Assembly (NCBI GenBank): GCA_963745075.1
Contig: CAVUWV010000001.1
Coordinates: 367,478-431,477, forward strand
Reading direction: 5' to 3'
From: Candidatus Hydrogenedentota bacterium
GTDB taxonomy: Bacteria; Hydrogenedentota; Hydrogenedentia; Hydrogenedentales; SLHB01
Length of the DNA stretch: 64,000 nt
Shown here: piece by piece, positions 36,948 to 46,394 of the stretch
Layout of the letters: every line of letters begins with the position of its first letter
Numbering within the stretch: position 1 is the stretch's first letter
Made by a program: the position numbers and the translations under genes
The notes under the pieces: generated by a model
The model's input: the letters and a program-made list of their open reading frames with translations, nothing else
What the model was told of the DNA's origin: nothing
Database searches by the model: none

Positions 36948-39617
36948 TCACGGCGTGATGTTCCAGCCGGTTACGCGTAAGGCTGGTTCGGCCCGTTCGA
37001 GATCGGTCGCGTTGAAGGTGGCCGTGTATTCTTTCGATTCACCCGGCAACAGGGAGAAATCGTTTTCCGACCAGTAGCACGGAGCGACTTCCCCACCCCC
37101 TTCGTTCTTGGTGATGGCCAGATTCACGAAGAAGGCGATGGTGTCGCCAGAATTACTCGCGCGAACGGTCGCGGTATATTTATCTCCATTCTGCGTGAAC
37201 GTAGGCGTCGTCTCGAGTTCAGCTTTGGGCAGCGAGCGCAACAGCGTGAAATCGGCGACGGATTTGGCGTTCAGTGCGAAGTTGGTCCAATCGTCGGTCA
37301 TCTGTCCCGGAATATCGGGGGTAGTGGACAGCCAATACAGGTTGTCCGAGATGAGTTTGCCGTCGCGGCCGGTGAGCGTCAGGCACAGGAAATGGGTTTT
37401 GGACAGACCATCCGGAAACTCGATGGCAAAGACGTTCGTCTTGCCGTCCGGTTCAACCTTCACGTTTGCTTCCCGCTGCCACATCTCCTTCATATCCGTA
37501 TTGAGCAGGCGAGCGGACACGTGCAAGTCGTCGAAGGGTTTGTAGAGGGAATTCACGACCCATATCGAATGGTCGTCGTACGAATACTGGACGTGCAGGG
37601 GTTCGCAGGCCTTTTTGGCGCCGTAGTATGCGCCGGTCGCCAGCAGATACCAGTCCACATACTGCCACGTCATGACCGCGGGCCACGCGGCGTCGTACTT
37701 CCAGGCGGTAATCCCGAGGGCGTCGTACTTGTTGCGCGCGAAGGCCTCGTACATGGCCCGGGCGCTTTCGTAATTGAGCACCTGGCCGGTTAAGCAGAAA
37801 TCGTCAACGTCCTTGGGTTGGCCGTAGCGGGCGTTCATCGCACGAATGGTTGCCTGGAAGAATTCGGCGCCCTGGATGACGGTATGGAACGACATGGCTT
37901 CGGACCAGAGCGGCCACAATTGATCCTCGGGAATGGTGCGGCGCACGGTTTCGGACGTGGCAATGACGCCGCCGATGCCGCCGGACTGGGCGAAACCCCA
38001 GGCGCGTTCGGGATACTGGGTGTCGTAGTACCGGGCGGGGTTCGCGTAGGTCCACAGTTCGCGGGTCCCTGTACGCGTGCCGCCGGTTTTGAACCGATCT
38101 GCCACGTCGAAGGCGCCCGAGTGGGGCTGATAGGTGCGGTCGGGGATGTATCGCGCGATGAGGTCGCGGTACGCCTGGTCGAGCGTCGGCGTGGGGAAGG
38201 TTTCGTCGTGCCCGAGGAAGTGCACGAGGCTGGGATGGTTCCGGATGCGGAGAATAGTGTCTTCGATACAGGCAATGGCCAGCGGTTCGTCGGGAATGCT
38301 GCGACCGAAGAGTTGCTGCGTGACCATGACGCCCTCTTCGTCGCAGATGTCGTAAAGCCGGTCCGTTTCGCGAATCGAAAAGCCCTCCGAGCGCAGCATG
38401 TTCAGATTGGCTTCGCGCGCATAGCGAACCAAGGCGCGGTCGCGGCGTTCCGTGAATCGAAGCAGCATATCGTTGGTCATCCACGCGCCGCCGCGAATCA
38501 GCACGCGCTGGCCGTTGATACGATAGCCTCGCCAGCCTTCGTCGTTGATGTAGGTGGTTGCCTCGCGGATACCGAATCGCGATGAAACCTGGTCGGACAC
38601 CTGAGAATCCACGTCCGCGGACAGCGCGACCGTATACAGTTCCTGCGGGCCGAGTGGATGCGGCCACCACACGCGAGGCTTTTCAATGACGAGCGATTCG
38701 AATTCGGCGGGCTCGAACGTAATCCATCGGCTTTCGCCCTGTTTCAGCGAGACCGGCTGTTGAAACGCGCGATCCTCGATGACGCCTCGAATCATGGCGT
38801 CGACACGCTTTTTGGTCACGTTCGTCGCGAGGACGGAAACGGTAAGTTCCGCCTTTGTCAGTCCCGGGACTTCGAGCTTGGGCAGCACGTACGGGTGTCG
38901 CAGCGTGACCGGACCGCTCGCGGTGAGGTATACGTCCTGCCAGATGCCCATATTGAGGTCGGGGGGTTGGGGGTTATGGTCGTCCCATCCGGTGGTAGCC
39001 TCAACTTGTTTCGTGCGAAACTCCTGGTCCGGGAGTTTGCCCGGCGCGCTGACCTCGACCGCAAGGCAATTTGTCTCGCCAGCGTGAATGCCCTTGGTAA
39101 CGTCAAATTCAAAGCGGCGAAACATGCCGACAACGTCGTCGGCGTCCGCGATCTTTTTGCCGTTGAGCCACACGTTGGCCCGATAGTTGATGCCGTCGAG
39201 ATGAAGTTGGACGTGCCGCCCCTCGTAGTCCGCGGGGACGGCGAACTCGATGCGATACCACCACGCCGGATAGAAGGGGCTGGACTCATCCATCCGCATC
39301 CAACGGCCCTCTTTGTATCCGGGAATTTGTTTGAGGTTGAGGCCGTAATACGGATCGGGATACACGTTCGCATCCGCGAGGGCGGCGAGCACGGTCGATG
39401 GGAGCTTCAGCGAATACCAATCCTTGGTGCTGAACCCCAACGAGGACAACGGTGCGCCTTGTGCATTTGGGATAGATGCGCTGGACTGGAGTCGCCACCC
39501 ATCGTTCAGAACGATCGCATCTCCGGGAGGGGTCGCGACCGCAGCCGGCGCGAACGACAGTGCGGCACAAGCAATCGCCAACACCGGAAGACCACTAAAA
39601 CCGCGTAGACATTTCAT
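36948..39617 (-). CDS. Glycoside hydrolase family 2, exo-beta-D-glucosaminidase/beta-mannosidase-like
   Basis: PSTVLAAL..YPDPYYGLN, DGINYRANVWLNG, WDDHNPQPPDLNMGIWQDV, WWP..G.Q.LY, LNMLRSEG, RNHPS and WSENDFSLLPGE. Confidence 0.9.
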   Translation of the reverse strand: MKCLRGFSGLPVLAIACAALSFAPAAVATPPGDAIVLNDGWRLQSSASIPNAQGAPLSSLGFSTKDWYSLKLPSTVLAALADANVYPDPYYGLNLKQIPGYKEGRWMRMDESSPFYPAWWYRIEFAVPADYEGRHVQLHLDGINYRANVWLNGKKIADADDVVGMFRRFEFDVTKGIHAGETNCLAVEVSAPGKLPDQEFRTKQVEATTGWDDHNPQPPDLNMGIWQDVYLTASGPVTLRHPYVLPKLEVPGLTKAELTVSVLATNVTKKRVDAMIRGVIEDRAFQQPVSLKQGESRWITFEPAEFESLVIEKPRVWWPHPLGPQELYTVALSADVDSQVSDQVSSRFGIREATTYINDEGWRGYRINGQRVLIRGGAWMTNDMLLRFTERRDRALVRYAREANLNMLRSEGFSIRETDRLYDICDEEGVMVTQQLFGRSIPDEPLAIACIEDTILRIRNHPSLVHFLGHDETFPTPTLDQAYRDLIARYIPDRTYQPHSGAFDVADRFKTGGTRTGTRELWTYANPARYYDTQYPERAWGFAQSGGIGGVIATSETVRRTIPEDQLWPLWSEAMSFHTVIQGAEFFQATIRAMNARYGQPKDVDDFCLTGQVLNYESARAMYEAFARNKYDALGITAWKYDAAWPAVMTWQYVDWYLLATGAYYGAKKACEPLHVQYSYDDHSIWVVNSLYKPFDDLHVSARLLNTDMKEMWQREANVKVEPDGKTNVFAIEFPDGLSKTHFLCLTLTGRDGKLISDNLYWLSTTPDIPGQMTDDWTNFALNAKSVADFTLLRSLPKAELETTPTFTQNGDKYTATVRASNSGDTIAFFVNLAITKNEGGGEVAPCYWSENDFSLLPGESKEYTATFNATDLERAEPALRVTGWNITP

Positions 39618-39916
39618 AACAACCCCCTGTATGCACGTTATCGCCGATTCGCACTTCGACGGGTACGGTGTGCTCCGTCCACCAATCTAGCGACTGCCGC
39701 ACCAAGACGCAAGGTCGCGTTTTGCGCCGAACACGGAACTTGAAATCCCGACTGGGGATTAACCGGTGTGAAACGTTGATGGCAGGGGACGACGCGGCGA
39801 TGGGCGTGGACCGCGGAAATGCCAGGTCACCGACGAAACGGTAAACCGACACGCCCGGTTTTGCCGGGGAGATGCATTCACGAGCGATTAGCCTATAGCC
39901 ATGAAGGGAGTGCCCC

Positions 39917-41974
39917 ATGTGCAGGTCATCATTTCCAGCGTACTGCGCGGTCGTGTGTCTTATTTTAGTACCTACCGCCAGGGGCGAAACAGGCTCCGAC
40001 AAGACTCTCGCGCCATACTTCTTCGTCGAAGGCGGCGATGCCGCGATTGACAGTTTTCCCCTCAAGCAAACCTCGGCCGACGTTACCATCTCCGGCGTAA
40101 TCGCGAGAGTGGCGCTCACGCAGACCTACGTTAACGATGGCACCCGGCCCATTAACGCAACATACGTGTTTCCCGCGTCCACGCGGGCTTCCGTGCACGG
40201 CATGACGATGACCATCGGCGAGCATGTCATCACCGCGAAGATTCGGGAGAGGGAACGGGCGAAACAGGAATTCAGCCAGGCGAAGAAGGCCGGGAAGAGC
40301 GCGTCACTGCTCGAACAGCAGCGACCCAACGTGTTCAGTATGGACGTGGCCAACGTGATGCCGGGGGACACGATCGACGTTGAACTGTTCTACACCGAGT
40401 TGTTGGCGCCCACCGACGGCACCTACGCGTTCGTGTTCCCGACTGTCGTGGGGCCGCGCTACTCGGAATTCACGGAGAAGACCGCGACCGATCACGACCG
40501 CTGGGTGCAAAGTCCTTATCTTCACGAGGGGGAGGCGTCGCCCATGGGGTTCGATATCTCGGTCAAGATATCGAGCGGCATTCCGTTGCAGGAGGTGTCG
40601 TGTCCGACGCACGAGGTGACTGTCGATTGGGCCGATGAGCGATCCGCGACGGTTTCCCTGGCGCCATCCGACGAGCCGGGCGGCAACCGGGATTTTATTC
40701 TGAAATACCGGCTCGCAGGGCAACAGATCGAGTCTGGTTTGATGCTGTATAGTGGCGTGGACGAAAATTTCTTCCTGCTGATGGCCGAACCGCCGGCCCG
40801 GGTGCGCCTGGAGAATATCCCGCCGCGCGAGTATGTTTTTGTCGTTGACGTGTCCGGTTCGATGCACGGGTTCCCGCTGAATGTATCCAAGGAACTGCTG
40901 CGGTCCTTGATCGGTAGTCTGCGGCCGACGGATACCTTTAACGTCGTTCTCTTCGAGTCCTCGGCCGTCGCCATGTCTCCAGTGTCGATACCGGCTAGTG
41001 CGGAGAATATTAAGAGGGCGATCGGCGTCATCGGTCAGCAGCGCGGGGGCGGTGGCACGCGGCTTTTGTCGGCTATGGAGACGGCGTTTGCGTTGCCGCG
41101 CGACGAGAATACGTCGAGAAATCTCATCCTGGTCACGGACGGCTACATCTCGGCGGAGAAAGACGTCTTCATGGCGATCCGTAAGAATCTGCATAATGCG
41201 AATGTCTTTGCGTTTGGCATCGGATCGAGCGTTAACCGGCACCTTATCGAAGGCGTGGCCAAAGCGGGAAACGGCGAATTGTTTATCGTCACGGAGCCCC
41301 AGGAGGCACCGGTCGAGGCGGACCGGTTCCGGGTCTACGTCGAGTCGCCGGTGCTGACCCGCGTGTCCGTCAAATACGAAGGCTTTGAGGCCTACGATGT
41401 CGAGCCGGGCTCCATTCCAGACCTGTTGGCGCAACGGCCGTTGCTTGTCTACGGCAAATGGCGGGGCGACGCCGGCGGCACGATTCGCATTGAAGGCGTG
41501 AGCGGCAACGGCCGGTACGAACGGGATTTTAATGTGGCCGAAACGCGTCCCGTGGCGGAGAACGAACCCTTGCGTTACTTGTGGGCTCGCGCACGCGTTG
41601 CAGAGTTGTCTGACTACAACTTCGAGTTGGGTGAGGACGAGGCGGCTCGCGAAGTCACGTCGCTGGGGCTAACGTACAACCTTTTGACCAAATACACGTC
41701 TTTTGTTGCGGTACACGAGGTCGTCCGGAATACGCAGGGTAACGCGATGGACGTGCAGCAACCGCTGCCGTTGCCCAAGGGCGTAACCGATCTCGCGGTG
41801 GGCACCAACGCTATGGCTACGGCCAAGACCCAACCGGCGGGACGAATGTCGTCCGTCCGCACGGCGAGGAGACTCGCTGAGCCGGGCCTCGTGCTGATGC
41901 TGCTGTTGGTGACGCTTGGTTTCGCCGGAAAGTACCTGCTTGAGCGGCGCGTGGCAGGTCGCAAATCCGCATGA
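39917..41974 (+). CDS. VIT + vWA domain protein with a C-terminal exosortase-type sorting signal
   Basis: VIT (YVFP...AKKAGKSASLLEQQRPNVF), MIDAS DVSGSM, TDG, FGIG. C-terminus AEP + hydrophobic helix + RR..RK. Confidence 0.9.
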   Translation: MCRSSFPAYCAVVCLILVPTARGETGSDKTLAPYFFVEGGDAAIDSFPLKQTSADVTISGVIARVALTQTYVNDGTRPINATYVFPASTRASVHGMTMTIGEHVITAKIRERERAKQEFSQAKKAGKSASLLEQQRPNVFSMDVANVMPGDTIDVELFYTELLAPTDGTYAFVFPTVVGPRYSEFTEKTATDHDRWVQSPYLHEGEASPMGFDISVKISSGIPLQEVSCPTHEVTVDWADERSATVSLAPSDEPGGNRDFILKYRLAGQQIESGLMLYSGVDENFFLLMAEPPARVRLENIPPREYVFVVDVSGSMHGFPLNVSKELLRSLIGSLRPTDTFNVVLFESSAVAMSPVSIPASAENIKRAIGVIGQQRGGGGTRLLSAMETAFALPRDENTSRNLILVTDGYISAEKDVFMAIRKNLHNANVFAFGIGSSVNRHLIEGVAKAGNGELFIVTEPQEAPVEADRFRVYVESPVLTRVSVKYEGFEAYDVEPGSIPDLLAQRPLLVYGKWRGDAGGTIRIEGVSGNGRYERDFNVAETRPVAENEPLRYLWARARVAELSDYNFELGEDEAAREVTSLGLTYNLLTKYTSFVAVHEVVRNTQGNAMDVQQPLPLPKGVTDLAVGTNAMATAKTQPAGRMSSVRTARRLAEPGLVLMLLLVTLGFAGKYLLERRVAGRKSA

Positions 41975-42717
41975 CGATTCGGACCCTCCGAGACAATTGG
42001 AGGCCCTACCTGGCCGCCATTGTCGTGGCCGCGTCGCTCAAAACCGGGTACAGCGTTGCGGGCGCCGGTGAACTTCGGTGGATACTGGGACCCACGGCAT
42101 GGCTTGCGGACGTATTCACGAGGCGTGGGTTTGCATTCGAAGACGGCGCCGGATACGTGAGCGCGGACGGGGGCATTGTTATCGCGCCGGTGTGCGCAGG
42201 AGTCAATTTTCTGATCATCTGTTTTTGTATGCTGGCGTTCAGTCATATTCCGCATGTCCGGCGACCAGCAGCAACGTTTGGCTTGCTGATCGGATTGGCG
42301 CTCGTTTCGTACGTCGTGACGGTCTTGGTGAATGCAGCGCGAATCGCCGTGTCGATTCAATCCCTCGAGTTGGCGCTCCCGTACCGATGGCTTTCGTCCG
42401 AAGGCATGCATCGCTTGGAAGGAGTGTCCATCTACTTTCTGAGTTTGAGCTTGCTCTATATTGGGTCGCAGGAGATATCGCACCGCGTCGTCGGCGGTGG
42501 CAACGGACGACACCTTGGACGTTTGACGCTCGCGGCGCCGCTGTTCTGGTACTTTTTGGTTACGGTCGGCATACCGCTGGTTCGAATCTCCTACGGGGCG
42601 GACGATGAGCGCTTTATTGAACACGTGCGATACGTGATTCTCGTTCCCGCACTCATGGTACTTGCGTACGCAGCACTACGACGCGGGTTGCGTGCGTTCG
42701 GCCCGGTGCGGGACTGA
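41971..42717 (+). CDS. xrtK: Exosortase K-like membrane transpeptidase
   Basis: LKxxYS..LRWILGPT, Cys (APVCAGVNF), Arg (VNAARI) and His (HRLEG) triad. ATGA overlap with the upstream gene. Confidence 0.85.
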   Translation: MTIRTLRDNWRPYLAAIVVAASLKTGYSVAGAGELRWILGPTAWLADVFTRRGFAFEDGAGYVSADGGIVIAPVCAGVNFLIICFCMLAFSHIPHVRRPAATFGLLIGLALVSYVVTVLVNAARIAVSIQSLELALPYRWLSSEGMHRLEGVSIYFLSLSLLYIGSQEISHRVVGGGNGRHLGRLTLAAPLFWYFLVTVGIPLVRISYGADDERFIEHVRYVILVPALMVLAYAALRRGLRAFGPVRD

Positions 42718-42986
42718 ATTGTCTGGATACCCATTCGCGCCTTCGCGGCACCCCTGAGGGGGGAATCTCGATTGGTTCTACCCCGGAATTCTCACGCGAT
42801 CCAAGTCTACCTCGTATTGGCGCGGTCGCCGGCCACGCGAATCCCGACGGTTGCAAAATCGGACACGGGGCGTCATGCTAATCCCTGTTGTGTGTCGCGC
42901 TCGGCGAGCGGTACGGGTTTCAGAATGTCTGTCGTATAGGATTTTTCCGAACGTCGAACGATGCAGGTACGAGGAGGATGATGGGG

Positions 42987-45476
42987 ATGATGGGGATGCA
43001 AGCCGGATTAGACTTGAGAGCGTGTAGTGTGTGCCTGCTGGCGTTGTGGACCCTGACCGGCGCTTTTTCGGCGGAGGCCGATCCCGACCGGGAGGCGGTC
43101 CGGACTTCCCATGTGAGCATTATCATCGACGCGGGCGGGGACGGGGTCGAGCAGCATGTCGCCGACGTGTTGCGGGACCGGATCCTTCGTCGCAGCCATG
43201 TAGCGGTGGACATCGCGGAGAGAGCCAATTCGGACTCGGGTCTTCGCGTTTATCTCGGGCGGCGCGACGGGGGATCGGAGCGGTTCGCGAAACTCGTGGA
43301 GCACTATTGGGTGACGTTACCGGGCAAAGAGCGCGTCGCGCCGGAGGGATATGCGGTCAAGCTGGCGCGGGACTCGGATGGTCCGCTGGTGATCGCGGAA
43401 GGGGCGGACGCCCGCGGGGTGTTGTACGCGGCGGGTGAGGTGCTCCGGCGGTTTTCGTATGGCCCGGATTGTATATCGTTAGCGCCGACCGATGTCAGCG
43501 CAGCTCCCGCGTACCGGTTCCGTGGGTCGTCGGCCAATCAAGGTGGCACCATGCGCACGAAGACCGGCGCGCGTGCGTGGACCCAACAAGAGGCACGGGA
43601 CTACATGCTGGACTTCGCGCTGGCCGGAGCGAACACGTTTTACGCGAGCGGAGCGGATTTTGACTTCGTCAAACAGTTCGATTTGATGACCGTGGGCGGG
43701 TGCCGGCCCAACGAGTACAAAGGCGACGTTCCGCCGGAGTGGAAGGCGGGCGGTCTCGAGTTCTGGGAAGGGGACAAGTGGGTTTGTCCGTCCGTACCGG
43801 AAGCGCGCGCCGCGCTGTTGGAACAGTGGGACCAGGAATTCGCCCAAACGCAGGACCACGATATTTTGCGCCTGTACGCGGGCGATCCGGGTGGATGCCG
43901 TTGTCCGCGCTGTGAACCGTGGGGTAAGACCTTTGTCGAGTTATGCGAGGAGGTGGCACAAGTCTGGCTGAAGCATCACCCTGACAGCATCGTTCAGATC
44001 GCCAATCAGGATTTGAGCAACCAAGGGGATCAAGCCATCTTCGACTATCTCAATGCCAAGCCGCGGCTTTGGCTCGAAGGTATTGCCTACGGTCCGGGCA
44101 GCAACGCGATGTCCTACTACTTCCGCGATCGGTTGCGCGAAGACCTGTTCGAATACCCGGGGTCAGGGCCGGTTAACCGCTACTTGAGGGAGATTCTCAA
44201 CAACATTCCCCGGTATCAGCACATCACGCATTACTCGGATATCACCCACTGGGTCAGCGCCCAGTATATGGTCGAAAATCCGGAGCCGCATATTGAGAAG
44301 GTATACGGCCGGCGCACGTTTCATACGCGTCCCGCCGCGTTTTACCGGATCTTCCAATCAATCATGCCCTTTTCCGAAGGGGACATCATCTACTCCGAGG
44401 GGTATCACGACGAACTTCATCAGTACATGTGGAACCGGCTGCTTTGGAATCCGAACCGTTCGCTTGAGGACGTGCTGAAGGAGTACTGCGATTTTCAGTT
44501 CGGTCCCGAAGCGGCGCCGGATATGCTCGAAGCGATGCTGCAACTCGAGAAGAATCTGGAGACGCCGCTGGCCGGGAACGACGGTGTCGATCGGTTCTAT
44601 CTGTTGGTGAAGGAGGCGGGGTGGAAGATGCCGGAGTTCCGCATGAACGGGAATTACCGGTGGCGGCTCTATATGCAGAAGGCCGCCCTCGACAAGTATG
44701 TCCAACTAAAACTGCGGCGTGAACTGGAGCGCGAGTCGCAAATCGAGACTTGGGTTCGAGACGATTCGGACCATGCCGTTGAGCAGACGCGCCGGCTCGC
44801 AGCCGAACCGCTCGAAACTGGCGAGATGGCGGCGTTGCGCGAGGAGGCCGGACGGTTGGGCGAAGAGAGCGATCAGATCATGGGTGTCCGAAACGTGGGG
44901 TATTTTGCCCTGGATACCCCGCTGACGGCCCTCGACTGGACCCTGAAACAGTTGGAAGCGGCGTCGCAGGGAACGCAGACGGAACAGTTCGGGGCACTTA
45001 AACGCGCGGTCTTGTACGAGGATCCCGGGCCGGGAGGATTTTACGACGACGCGGGAACAAAGGGGCATCAGCCGCACCTGATCAAAGGCGAAGTCTACGA
45101 CGCGTCGCGCCGGCTGGATGCCGCGTGCCGGCCCAGTCAAGGCACGATCGCATACGACCTGGAACAAGACGGCGTGGCGTTCCGGTACACGGACCTCGAT
45201 TCACGCGCGTCGTACAAGGTTCGGCTGACGATGGTCCTACCCCGGCATTGGATGGAGACCGACCTGGATCCGCCGCATGGCGTCCAGATGCAAAACGTCC
45301 TGGCGGACGGGACGTATATTGCCAAGGACGTGGTGATTCCCGAACTCACTCCCCAGGAGTTCGAGTACGACATACCGCGATCGGCGACGAAGGACGGGTC
45401 TCTGACGATCGATATCGAACGCGGCGAGGGTTCACGAGGGGTTTCGGTCTCGGAAGTGTGGTTGGTGAAGAAATAG
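42987..45476 (+). CDS. Secreted putative glycoside hydrolase (GH20/GH67-type N-terminal domain plus uncharacterised catalytic region)
   Basis: PEGY..GADARGVLYAAG..LR and PAYRFRG, GDPGGCRCPRC. GAGGAGG RBS with several candidate ATGs at 42978-42996. Confidence 0.7.
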   Translation: MMGMQAGLDLRACSVCLLALWTLTGAFSAEADPDREAVRTSHVSIIIDAGGDGVEQHVADVLRDRILRRSHVAVDIAERANSDSGLRVYLGRRDGGSERFAKLVEHYWVTLPGKERVAPEGYAVKLARDSDGPLVIAEGADARGVLYAAGEVLRRFSYGPDCISLAPTDVSAAPAYRFRGSSANQGGTMRTKTGARAWTQQEARDYMLDFALAGANTFYASGADFDFVKQFDLMTVGGCRPNEYKGDVPPEWKAGGLEFWEGDKWVCPSVPEARAALLEQWDQEFAQTQDHDILRLYAGDPGGCRCPRCEPWGKTFVELCEEVAQVWLKHHPDSIVQIANQDLSNQGDQAIFDYLNAKPRLWLEGIAYGPGSNAMSYYFRDRLREDLFEYPGSGPVNRYLREILNNIPRYQHITHYSDITHWVSAQYMVENPEPHIEKVYGRRTFHTRPAAFYRIFQSIMPFSEGDIIYSEGYHDELHQYMWNRLLWNPNRSLEDVLKEYCDFQFGPEAAPDMLEAMLQLEKNLETPLAGNDGVDRFYLLVKEAGWKMPEFRMNGNYRWRLYMQKAALDKYVQLKLRRELERESQIETWVRDDSDHAVEQTRRLAAEPLETGEMAALREEAGRLGEESDQIMGVRNVGYFALDTPLTALDWTLKQLEAASQGTQTEQFGALKRAVLYEDPGPGGFYDDAGTKGHQPHLIKGEVYDASRRLDAACRPSQGTIAYDLEQDGVAFRYTDLDSRASYKVRLTMVLPRHWMETDLDPPHGVQMQNVLADGTYIAKDVVIPELTPQEFEYDIPRSATKDGSLTIDIERGEGSRGVSVSEVWLVKK

Positions 45477-45493
45477 GCGGGGGTGCGATAGGC

Positions 45494-46336
45494 CTAATCT
45501 TCCGCGACGCCCTGATACCCAGGGACATCGTGCACAATGGTGCCACCGTAGAACCGTTGCGTTCCGCGGGACGTTTGGAGTTCCAACGCGCCGGTGGCGT
45601 CGATGCCGGTGCAAATTCCTGCGATTTCATCGGAGTCCATACGAAGCCGAACGCGGCGGCCACGAAGCATGCAGCGACTGATCCATGCCTGGGGAAGTGC
45701 CGAATCGGCATGGGCGAGTTGATCAAACCGCTTCTCGAGGGATTGAAGCACGCAGACCAGGGCTTCCGTCAACTGTGTGCGCCGGGCGGTGAGGTCGAGT
45801 AGGGATGTCGCGATGATTTGGAGTTCCTCAGGAGCGTTCCGCACGGAATTGTTCACGTTGATTCCGACACCCAGCACGAGGCGCGGCGTTCGGTTTAAGT
45901 GCAATTCCGGCAGGATGCCGCAGATCTTTCGTTGTTCCATGCACACGTCATTGGGCCACCGGATTCCGAATCGGGTGTTGGGCGTCATCGATTCCAGCGC
46001 GTCGCAAATACCCACCGCGGCGGCAAGGGCGAAGCGGGGCCAGGACTCCGGTTGTACGGTGTCGGAATGCAGGTCGAGGATGAGCGAGAACGTGAGTGCT
46101 CCGGACGACGACCACCATGCGTTGGCGCCGCGTCCCCGTCCGGCGGTCTGCAACTCGGTCAAGACCAACGCGGGAACGGGGAGGTGCGGCTGGGCGGCGA
46201 GTTCCATTGCTCGCGTATTCGTCGATTGAAGGCTGCGGTGGTAGTCGACGTGTCCCGCGAAGGTTTCGCGTCGAATTCGGGAGACGGAGAACCGTCGGCG
46301 AACGGGTCGACCGGTCATTTTGGAGGTCCTGGACAC
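45494..46336 (-). CDS. birA: Biotin-protein ligase without an N-terminal HTH
   Basis: STN, QTAGRGRG..W, RWPND, KICGIL, GVGINV and GIDATGAL. Confidence 0.92.
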   Translation of the reverse strand: MSRTSKMTGRPVRRRFSVSRIRRETFAGHVDYHRSLQSTNTRAMELAAQPHLPVPALVLTELQTAGRGRGANAWWSSSGALTFSLILDLHSDTVQPESWPRFALAAAVGICDALESMTPNTRFGIRWPNDVCMEQRKICGILPELHLNRTPRLVLGVGINVNNSVRNAPEELQIIATSLLDLTARRTQLTEALVCVLQSLEKRFDQLAHADSALPQAWISRCMLRGRRVRLRMDSDEIAGICTGIDATGALELQTSRGTQRFYGGTIVHDVPGYQGVAED

Positions 46337-46394
46337 GAAGTCTTAATCCTTCGTTACGGCGCGGTCATCAGGCAAACGCGAGCCCATGAATTGG

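Noticed and set aside
39690..39900. Possible riboswitch upstream of the VIT gene
   Set aside because: I could not match a known aptamer consensus by eye; it needs an Rfam scan.
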